Source: Lenisia limosa (taxonomy: Eukaryota > Protista > Breviatea). From it: DNA of 41,895 bases. The stretch lies in NCBI GenBank assembly GCA_001655205.1, contig LPNZ01011243.1, forward strand, positions 1 to 41,895, written 5' to 3'. Position numbers and translations under genes: made by a program. This document shows, in pieces, positions 23,750 through 33,562 of the stretch; position 1 is the stretch's first letter; each line of letters begins with the position of its first letter. The notes beneath the pieces are model-generated. The model searched no databases, was not told the DNA's origin, and was given only the letters and a program-made list of their open reading frames with translations.

Positions 23750-26618
23750 ATGGCAATGACTGTCTTTTACTGTGAGTCGAGATTCCAATTTCTACATTAA
23801 ATACTTTGAACTAGGAATAAGGGTTATAATATTAACAATTTACAAGTTTTGTATTCATATTTGACCAATTCAGATGAGTGGATTAGGAGTATCGTATCAG
23901 CCCTCTTCTTACCAACCCATACATTGCCAAATTTACCGCCAAATAAAATATGGATGGTATGAAACTAATAATTTTGCATTGGTTGAAAACCAAAGTATTC
24001 AATTCTAATCATGATTCTGCTGAAAGTGAATAAGGATGACAACCTAACAGGTCCGAACTTATCTCAGTATCCTCTTGGGGGTTGCGGCCTTTACCCTGTG
24101 CAAAAGATCCCTAGCCGTAGCCGGGTCTGACATGGTCTTCAAAGGCATTGTAAGCTCTGTCTTAAAGGGATGGAAGGTTTTGCAAAATAGTATATTAGGC
24201 CATCATCATAACCTCTTTTTGCGCTCTTTTGACAGCTAAGGTTCCCGACTTTATCGTTTAGGTTGACATTAAGATGTTTGGACTTCTTAGTAGCTGCTTC
24301 AGTATCGCGTTTTCTATCTCAAAGTTATTTGCTGGTGTGTGGAGGGCATTGAAGTTATTTGCTAGTGTGTGGAGGGCATTGAAGTTATTTGATGGTGTGT
24401 AGAGGGCATTGAAGTTATTTGCTGGTGTGTGGAGGGCATTGAAGTTATTTGCTGGTGTGTGGAGGGCATTGAAGTTATTTGCTGATGTATGGAGGGCATT
24501 GAGTAACTGATGACAGTGCATGTATGTATAATGTCAGATTATGTCATACTTTGTTGATGTATAAGGTTTGGTTTGAATCCTGGGTGAAATAGGATATACA
24601 TAGCTATCATTCTGTTCGTAATGAACAACCCATCTTATAATACGGCTAACACTCTAGCTGTTCTGAGTGACAATATGAGCCCGAAACTGCTCTACTGTTC
24701 AGGTGTATTGATAAGGTTGGTGATTTTTTGTGAAGTTCTGCATTTTTAGTGCTTTTGCTTTTCACAGTCAAGCGGTGTCTGCTGCTTAATCATGGCATTG
24801 GGTGTGTCCAATCACAGCTTTTTCTTTGACAGCTTTGGACTCGATCCATCTCTTGTTATGATTGGCACTTGGAGTATTGTTGGAGTGATTCAGGTATCTT
24901 GGGCTATATTTTTTAGTGATTTCATTTTTTAAAATTAGGCTGACACCTTAGAGCCTAGGATGGGGTCCAATCACTTGCATGCTCACCACATGGTTTCCAA
25001 AGGTTTGCCTGTGTTTTGTCTCCAATATATCTTATTATATTGATCTTGAGATCACGAGTATCTTCGGAATTCAGTTCTCTAGACATCACGAGGCACTTTG
25101 TGGTCAATCGCTGCTGCTATACAGCCCCTCTCTTTTGCTGCCTTACAAATGGCTAAGGATATTCACTTTCTGTAGGAAGGTCATTTATTTCTATTAAAAA
25201 TTGAAAAACTCTGATGCTTTGACAATAATCATTTAGAAAAACAGGTGATGAAGTTTTCCTTTTCTCTGGGCTTTTTTGTGTTGCCAGTTTTCTCTACACG
25301 TTAAATCGCTATCATGATCCAATAAAGGTAAAGGTGTCGCTTGTTTTGCCATTTAAGTGATCTTGCTAGTCTGAGAGTGAATCGATATCGCACACGATCT
25401 TCAAGCCAACCACCCCTGAATATTCTGCCACCCCTTCTTCAAATTACCACCACTGTTTTTTGGGGGTTCCCAAAGCCTCTGTACCTCGATTGTCGCTCGC
25501 TGCTTTAGAGGGTTGTTTCCTTTATTCTCTTAGGTTGGTAGCTATATAATGGGTCAGAAACAAATAACATACGGGTATTTTTGTATCCCTGTCGAAAAAG
25601 TTTCACAACCTCCAGAACATGCCTGACCGAATGGTGGCCTGTGCTTTACCCGGAATTCGCCAAGTTGGATGGAAGCCTATTCCTTATTGAAACCACTGTA
25701 CTGGTCATTGTTTTAAGATTTCAATGGGTGTGTTGACCAGTCTTACCTTTGTAGAAACGCCATTAGTTACAGTGAAGTTTCTGGAGTTATTGGTGGCATC
25801 CTTGCAGGGGTTCTATCCGGTTTGTAATGTGACTCAAGAGTGATTAGATGTATACGGTATTTCTCTCATGAAATGGGAGTGGTGCATAGTTGATTGTAAT
25901 TTTGACTCTCACCTAAGTTACTTTTTTTTAGATAAACTCTTCAAAGGGAATCGTATGACTTGTGGCTTTGTCTTTTGCGTCTTTATGGTGATAGCAATAA
26001 AACTGATTCAGGTAAGAACTGTCAATTAAAGTTGTTCAACTATCGATATGATATTGATATGCGTAGTACTCAGTTATCTAGGTTCATCCTGATGTCCCTC
26101 TGGCTTATGTAATTTTTGGTAGGTGGTAATATATTATGTATATGTACGAAATGACAAATGATATGTTCTGACGATGACAGGGGTAGCTTTTTACGGGCCA
26201 CACACGCTGACCGCCTTGGTCGGGGTGGAGGCTGTGGATAAGAAATCCACAGCAACAGCGGCGGGGCTTGTTGGNNNNNNNNNNNNNNNNNNNNNNNNNN
26301 NNNNNNNNNNNNNNNNNNNNNNNNNNNNNNNNNNNNNNNNNNNNNNNNNNNNNNNNNNNNNNNNNNNNNNNNNNNNNNNNNNNNNNNNNNNNNNNNNNNN
26401 NNNNNNNNNNNNNNNNNATCCTCTGGCAGTTCTTGCCGCTCAGAATCCTTATATTGTGCACCACGTCATGACAGCTCTTTCAATAGGTATGGGAAAGAAA
26501 TATTTTGAAAATAGAATTTATGTCAGTCTCCATTGTGTCAACGTTTTACTGTCAAGGTTGTGCTGTTATCTACGCCCTGTTTCATCATCCCTTTTTCCGG
26601 AAGCCTATTTTTTCTTAG
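23750..26618 (+). CDS. MFS organophosphate:Pi antiporter (GlpT/UhpT/SLC37 family)
   Basis: Spliced: RTYLSILLGVAAFTLCKRSL, FGLLSSCFSIAFSISKLFAAVLSDNMSPK, QSLGWGPITCMLTTWFPKTSRGTLWS, YSEVSGVIGGILAGVLSDKLFKGNR, FYGPHTLTALVGVEAVDKKSTATAAGLVG, paralleling GlpT motifs (QGMGW, ERG, SDKVFRGNR, YGP..L...ALELAPKKAAGTAAG). One gap at 26275-26417. Confidence 0.88.
24322..24501 (+). repeat. Tandem repeat, 6 x 30 bp, spanning an exon end and 5' splice site
   Basis: Unit AAGTTATTTGCTGGTGTGTGGAGGGCATTG with 0-2 substitutions per copy. Confidence 0.95.
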
Positions 26619-26788
26619 ATTGAATGGTAGAGATATTATGTACTACTGTGAGTGAGTTTAGTTTTCTTTTGGCAAGACGGATAGTACATGTTATTTTGTT
26701 TTTCTTCTTGGGCTACCATTATAATGGAAATCTAGAACTGCACCAAAACTGTCTGAAACCTTGGAAACAATCATGTCTAATTCACAAC

Positions 26789-26897
26789 ACTGTGCTCTCC
26801 TCTCAGAATCCAAAGGTCCCCTGAAGGTCAAATTGGTAACCAGGCACTTACTTGGGGCTTTGCTTTAGACTCGTCACCACAATTGGAGATACAATGT
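26789..26897 (-). promoter_or_regulatory. SECIS element in the MsrA 3' UTR, apical loop interrupted by a putative 31-nt intron (26851-26821)
   Basis: Helix I UCUCC(26889-85)/GGAGA(26800-796) with extension; core GUGAC(26877-73)/UGAG(26805-02); helix II GAGUCUAAAG/CUUUGGAUUC (10 of 10 pairs, 2 G-U); unpaired AAA(26861-59); after splicing the apex reads GCCCCAA|GGGAC. Confidence 0.85.
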
Positions 26898-26986
26898 GGA
26901 AGTCCTGCAGTGTCAAGTTTGGACAGAAACATCAAAACAAGGCTAGAATGCCCAATGTTTCCACCAACCTCAAGATTGTTCCATGC

Positions 26987-28361
26987 TTAGTTGTTAAATA
27001 GGTATTTTTGGTGGTAGTCTTCAGCGAGGTAAAAGTCCTGAAAAGGGTTTATTTGGGTTGAGGGGTTGAAACAGTCTGCTATCGTCTTAAAAAGGCTCAT
27101 GCATTTCGCCAAAATCCCTTCAAACAGTTACTGGCTCGAGACTGGTCATACACTGGGGGTTTTTCGCTTTAAAGTGAGCCAACACCTCCGAAGCCTCAGA
27201 CTTCTGCGTTCTGTGTGGTAAGAAGAAAATTACTTGGGCGGAGTAGAACAGATTTGGCATTTCTAATTTGGTGTCCTGAGGAACTATATCAACACATTTT
27301 TAAACATCAAAAACAACTTTATGAATTCTGTCAGAATTAAAAACTTGGGACTACCATATTGTCGAAAAATAGTAGAATAATTTATTATTAACTGTAGCTT
27401 TCTAAAAACCTTGGATAAAATAGCTCAACGGTATAAAATAAGAAAGAACTCTGCCAATATGCTTACTTTCCTGAGTACCAAATAGCCGAGCGATACTGAC
27501 ATGCCCTTCTTCCATAGCTATCATGGTTCTCCAACATTGTCTAAACAGACGTGAAAAAGCACAACATTAGCTGAAAAAAAAAATCAGCCTTAAGGTTAAT
27601 GGTAAGAGATCCCTGGTCACAAACCTTCACTAAAGAGAGGTATGAAACAACAGAAGGGTCGAAATCAACCTGTTTTGTCAACAATGATATGAAAATAAGT
27701 GTGTTCAAAATAAATGCTTGCTTCCGATCAGTGGAACTCCAAATAAAAGCTTGTTAAGACAAAAAGGTACAGATGAACTCAATCATTTACCTCATCTGCT
27801 TACACAACAATATGCAGAAATGTCATAATAAGAGAGAATGAATCCATGTTTTGGCATACCATTATAGATTCAGTATGATCTCCCATGGAGTGGTATGACG
27901 GGTTCTTACTCTGACCCCCTGATTATTAGAGAGACATTAGTTCATGCCACCTGCCACCTTTCACTTACCTGAATATCCAACCCGAGTATCAAGAACACCC
28001 TTGACTTTCGAGAAGAGGACTTCAGGGTGCCAGAATCACCCCTGAATTATTGAATTATAACACAATTAAAATAATCAGTCGACTCATAAGATGGTCCTTT
28101 GGAAGTTGGAGTAAAACATTGTATCCAAATTATAACCTTGAATTACATCATTATTTATCGCAAAGTTGCTTCCCCCTTTTCCATAAAACCATATGTGTGA
28201 TATGATGAATCAGATATTTATTGAGAAGCAACGATTTAAGGCAATAAACTGCTTGTTCACGATTGCTTCTGTATTAAAATAAATCCCATGCAAACCATTG
28301 CAAACACAGCAGCTTGGAAAGACGCAGTGAAGGCTTTCTTAGGGTAGATTGAAAGAGACAT
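26987..28361 (-). CDS. msrA: Selenocysteine-containing peptide methionine sulfoxide reductase A (7 exons, ~150 aa, Sec24)
   Basis: Exons 28361-28296, 28041-27969, 27918-27860, 27669-27625, 27540-27467, 27210-27126, 27037-26987 join in phase to MSLSIYPKKAFTASFQAAVFAMGUFWHPEVLFSKVKGVLDTRVGYSGGQSKNPSYHSMGDHTESIMVDFDPSVVSYLSLVKTMLENHDSYGRRACQYRSAIWYSGKTQKSEASEVLAHFKAKNPQCMTSLEPVTDFYLAEDYHQKYLFNN. TGA at 28038-28036 replaces C of GCFW; VGYxGG, NPxY, DHxE, QYRS and FYxAExYHQKY motifs intact. Confidence 0.93.
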
Positions 28362-28460
28362 TGGACCTCTTGCACTATATTTCAGCTATATTTTGTGTAT
28401 ATTATTATTCCCAATATATTTCTCCTAAAATAATGCTTGTTTCAAGCAAATTCGGAAACA

Positions 28461-28605
28461 AAGCGCAAGAGGGCGCAAGGCGCGCGGGCCACGTTCAGGC
28501 ATAATGCGCCACGCGTACGCAAGATTGTCTATTCTCTTTTACACTCTTTTATTGTTTGTTTCTTTGTGTGATGAGCCAAGGCCCACAACCTCCTCGGGCC
28601 ACAAA
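28461..28605. promoter_or_regulatory. GC-rich intergenic patch upstream of MsrA, candidate promoter elements
   Basis: CGCAAG three times and GGCC(C)AC three times within AT-rich flanks, 100-245 bp upstream of the MsrA ATG. Confidence 0.3.
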
Positions 28606-28949
28606 ACACCAAACCACACAACATTTGCAACTCGCAACATAATTATATACGCTGATGTGCACTCATGGTAAATTCCTAAGTGGTACATAACAAAAAGATA
28701 CAAATCAATATTTTACAACAAGAATCTGTGAAACAATTATCAGAAGCCTTCCAAGGCAAAATTGGGCATTTGACATTCCCTAATCAGTAAGGAGGACGAC
28801 CCAAATCACGGTTTTCGACGGAAGGCACCCTCTCACCCAATTATAATTATGATATCATATCATGAAGTTGTAAACTGCTAATCAATGAATCAACCCTTAC
28901 AGCTTGCTTCAGGAGGGCGAGTAATAGGTTCCGGGCAACGGGCTACTAT

Positions 28950-31900
28950 CTAATACTGGCATTTTACGTCGTAGAACTGGATAAGATTAAAAACTTCATA
29001 ATTATCATTCAAGAGCCAAAAAGTCCCGTGAGGATGCTTTGCATGCAATAGAGCCGCCCTACGAGGCATGACTTGCTGCTTCGCCATGTTTGTAGGCTCG
29101 GGAGTGACAAAGGCTCCTTCACTGAATCGGCTCATCGAGGTCTTTAAGGTGAACAAAAAACGAATCCGATTATTTAACAGGGCCTAACAAACATTTGAGA
29201 GCTGGCGTGACAACATCGGAGTTGGTGATGGAGCGGTCCGGCTTTGGCTTGTGAAAGGAAGAGGCGACGGTATATTTCTTCGTGGTGACGTGGCAGGTGA
29301 TGCTATCGGCGATGTCAACGACGGCGGTTGTGCGTGGAGGCCGCGGGTTTGGTGAAAAATCAGAGGGGAGGGATCCCGATAGTTGTGAGGGGATGGCGCA
29401 GAGTTACGCGCACTACGTGTGTTATGGCCAAAAACGACTTGATCGAAAGATTTGTGTAATTAAGGAACGAAATGATATTATTACACGGTAACAGAAATAA
29501 CCCACCTTGTTCCGGACCCTACAGCTCTGAACGGCATCGTCATTCGCCGGTGCTGGGGGGTGAATTGAACCCTTCGAGGGGAAAGACTAAGTGAAACATC
29601 AAAAAATACTTCAGCATCTGATATTCTTATGATATTTGAACTGTGATTATGTCATGATAGAGCTTATCTTTTGAGTCATTGTTTTCTTCAGGACATAAAA
29701 GATAGGATATAAGCTTCGCTTCCTATAGTCGGAGCATAACCCACGACCAGTCTAACCTCTTGTCCCCACTCCTCCAGGCCTCTTTTGGTCTCCTCGGGGT
29801 CAATCAACGTTCCGTCCTACTGAGATTAAATCCAATTTGAAGATTTTGACAAAAAAGTAAAAAAATAGAACAACTCCTGCAAACCTCAAGGATTCTATCG
29901 GACATTGCAGTTCTCTTGATAGCCTGTGTTGCCGGCGAAATCTCAACTCCATCCTGGCAGGTGAATTGATATGAAGAGAAGCGAGGTGGTGACATTCAGA
30001 TATCCCAGTATTACCTTGATACAGGGGCCTTGCCAAGTCTCTATTCCATGAACTTTGTCATCGCCCTTAATAGTCAATCAAAAGTCAGAGTGTTTAAATT
30101 AGAGTGAACTATTTGGATATATCATATAGAATATCATATGATATATTATGTTGCATCTAAAATACATCAACTTAAAAAATGTCAACAGAACTCTTACAAT
30201 GGCCAACATTTACACCCCAATCAGCAGGGTTTATAGAGCCAGTAGCAACTCTGTACGGTCCTCCCTCTGACAGCTGTTTGGTGGTTACTTTTCAAAGTGT
30301 CCTTATATCTTGCTATTACTTGAAAATACATTTTCAAAAACTGGTATTCAACATGATTCCCGACGATACTGTACATATTAATGTGTCGTCATAATGTTGA
30401 ATAAAACACAGGGACAACTCTTAGTTACCTGAGAGTAGTCATAGAAACGATGACCTTCTTGAGACTTCGGCTGAGTAGATAAGAAGATAGAAACCCCAAC
30501 ACACCTCCTGAGAAACACCATCACCCTTGTTCCACTTTATGTCTCTTTTTGGGTACTTCGGCTGTGAACTGGAGAGGATTTCCTTCATACTGCTAACAAC
30601 ATCATGGGGTAAACTGTGAGACTAATTGGTTAAAACAAGTTAGCTTTGCACTTGCCTATTGAACCCCTCGAAATAATGAACAATAAAGCTCAGGCCTTCA
30701 AAAGTACCTGTTGCTGTTGAGATTGGGGTTTCACCTTGGGTGGCTTCATGGAGTGCTTCTACTATGTGAAAGATTGTGCAAATGAATAGCATACATATTC
30801 ATGCAAAAAGAGATAGCATTCACTACTTGGTAATTTTCTTGCCCCCACAACTACTGTGCAGGATACATAGGAATATATGACCTCAGAAAAGGTGCTACCT
30901 ACCTTGTAATCAATCCTGTATCGTTGCTTCTTCACTGGCTAAAAGAGTCAAAGTTGTCGTGTACTCTTCACAAAACAAATGGAAAATCAGAAATATTCAA
31001 ATATGATATTAGAATCTTACTGTTCACTAGTTCCATTATGCTATCCCTATGTCTTTATTTGTTTCCCTTGATTCTATTTAATGTATTGTTCTTGCTCTCA
31101 GAAAATTATACAATACGGACTTTTGGCATCAACAGCTCCTCTCGGGCTTTCATGGACTCCATCATGCTTGGGAGTACTGACTTAGCCGGCTGGTCAAAGG
31201 ACAACGGAATGGATTCAGTCTGTGAAAGGTCAGAAATACAAATGGCTCCTGCCTAAAAGAGCCCCCTCATACCACTTCATCTTTTAAAAAGGCATCTACA
31301 GATGATAGCATTGGCAGTGAATCGCAGATACGGGATTCGGAATAATGATGAAACTGCAATGTTAACCAAATCCAAGAAAAAATACCGTGAAATGAGAAGT
31401 ACCAAAAAAGGTAAAACACGACACCCGCCTGATGATTCTTTTATTTCTTTTCATTTAGTATCGGTCAATTAAACGCACTCAACAAAATAGGGATATTCCA
31501 AAAAACAAACCTCTGTAGTGTGGAGGCGGGAAATGGGGGTCTGTGCATCCTGGATCAACCGTGCTTCCGGCCCCTTAGTACCTTTCAAAATGGCAATGAA
31601 AGGCGAGATAGGTATAAACACACCAGGTTTGAGCTGTCGACCTGGGTGCGGCCTGATAATCGTGGTTCGTGGAAGCTACTTTGTGATCAAATATTGCGCA
31701 CTAACCTCAGAGGAGCCGACAAGAGCGGCAAATAAGGTTTCAAAAGCTTCAACAAATTCTGGATCGGCTTCATTTACAACTGCAATGGACATTGGTGGGC
31801 CAAGGAAGGGACCAAGACGGACCGGGCTGCCCTGAAGACGATGAAATAAAAGAAACAAGAAAGGGTAAACCAACACGGAAGACAATAACTGACTGACTTC

Positions 31901-33390
31901 CATGTACAAAAGCACATATTCTTTTTCCCCCACCCGAAACCTCAAGAACTGCTGCCAATTCAAAGCCCTGGATATTAGAGAGCGCTAAAGTGGATGACGA
32001 GAGGGAATCACTGGATGGCAACTGAAGAAACTCCATGTGGTTCAATTCAAGGGTATCGTCTGGCAGGGCAATTTTCAGATCTGCTTGATTAGTTTACAGT
32101 AAATGTTATGTTGAAATATTGAACCGCAATCTATTCAAACTTGTGACATTATCAACTATTACACTCAACTCTACAGGACATTAAATCTGTAAACACAACA
32201 TAAGAATTACGGAGGATTCCTACATCCTCTCCAAACAGCCGGTGGAGGCAGTTCGTCCGCATTTTGAATAGCAACAGCAGAAGATGTCATCTGAATAAAC
32301 ATTATTCTCATGAAATCCCTATCCTGCACTGAAGAAATCCAATTTCCAACCCGCGAAAGAAGATACAGCCATGCAGCTAGCGCTCCATCTTTGTCATCAG
32401 CATCAGGACCAACTAGTGAAACCTGCCAAGAAAGTGATGAAGAAAAACGATTGCCAAGGAAGTGATGAAGAAAAACGATTGAGATGATTATTTCAGGAGG
32501 CAGAGCGACTAGTAGCATTCCACAAGGTAATGGCGCCACACCCACCCTTGTGTAGGCGAAGCAAAGTCGCGTGACAATGCTGACTGACACCGGTGTCGGG
32601 GGCGAAGAAGACAAGAAAACCAAGTCCTTGACTTGATCTGCGGGGGGATTCTAAAATATCAGAGGAAATATGAGAATAAATAAAAATTGAAAGAACACCT
32701 GGCTAACGTAGTATGATACAAATGTGTTACAGAATAAGAGAATTAGTAAAACAGTATATCCACATATTCAACACTCTCCGCTTCCAAATAAGCCACCTTG
32801 GTTATGTCTTCAATTATACCACGTTACTCTTGCACCACATACGGTTTCGATGTTCTTGTCCAATGCGATGGGGTTGACTTCACCTGGGAATAATTCCAGC
32901 CCCAATTGATTTTTCTTCAAACAACCTCCTCCATCAGCTGAATAGATGTTCGTATATTCTGCAATTGTAAGAATGATAGACTTATATGAACCTTGTAATA
33001 AAATACATTCCATTGGTGAATGAAATTTCATGTCAAAAAGAGTCACTATGATAAGATATGACAGAACCTACTTTTCTTGAGTTCTTCAGCGAGGGATTCC
33101 TCAAAGTCCGGAATGCTCCCTGTGTTTATAAGATTCTCTCTTTTCGGACATTTAACTCACCGGAAGAGGGATCACGGAGCACTACAACGCAGTTTGAAGA
33201 CAATTTCAGAACTGCTGACGAGCCTTTCATTTCATAAGCAACTCTCTATATATTTGATTTTTATTTGTCGTCATGTCCAGAATGTGTCATGTCTATCAAC
33301 AAATATACAAATATTCTTCTATATACACCTTCACACACCTCCAGTCTGTAACTTCCTGCTCAACGGGTTGCGGTCGCGTACCTCTTTTTT
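28950..33390 (-). CDS. Multi-exon hypothetical protein with Ser/Pro-rich C-terminus; start not located
   Basis: Largely phase-consistent exon chain: KEVRDRNPLSRKLQTG|VLKLSSNCVVVLRDPSS|GSIPDFEESLAEELKK ... VSLVGPDADDKDGALAAWLYLLSRV ... GSPVRLGPFLGPPMSIAVVNE ... LPRTTIIRPHPGRQLK ... SPRRVQFTP ... TSMSRFSEGAFVTPEP. No secure family motif. Confidence 0.6.
32426..32481. repeat. Direct duplication 2 x 28 bp abutting a 3' splice site of the minus-strand hypothetical gene
   Basis: CCAAGAAAGTGATGAAGAAAAACGATTG followed by CCAAGGAAGTGATGAAGAAAAACGATTG. Confidence 0.9.
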
Positions 33391-33562
33391 TGCTGTTTAA
33401 ATAAAAATGCCCTCTCTTTTTTACTTATATAATATATATATATATAGTTATATTTTTTTATTGAGTTTGATGAAGTATTGAACTTATATATATCCTTCAT
33501 TGATGACTTCTCAATCACTATAGGGTCCATTTGAGGCTCTTCTCTGGCCCAGTAACCATAAA

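Noticed and set aside
23451-23756. 101-aa minus-strand ORF with RRM-like FGKMYGFE
   Set aside because: No phase-consistent link to the SR-like gene; the region appears to be the divergent intergenic spacer before the transporter ATG at 23750.
24322-24501. Regular repeats as a CRISPR array (also 38706-38838, 41521-41613)
   Set aside because: Units are head-to-tail with no unique spacers, no cas genes, and the context is eukaryotic.
28036-28038. In-frame TGA as evidence of a genome-wide code change (UGA=Cys/Trp)
   Set aside because: Other genes here use TGT/TGC and TGG normally and show no internal TGA in conserved exons; the TGA sits only at the catalytic site and a SECIS is present.
28210-28290. 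Open frame CLQCNREQAVYCLKS resembling a B-box finger
   Set aside because: Lacks the remaining ligands and lies in MsrA intron 1; the MsrA splice explains the region fully.
28770-28990. Fragments FYDVKCQ and EGAFRRKP recalling ribosomal protein S27
   Set aside because: No zinc-finger cysteines or phase-consistent exons link them; the first fits the end of the hypothetical gene.
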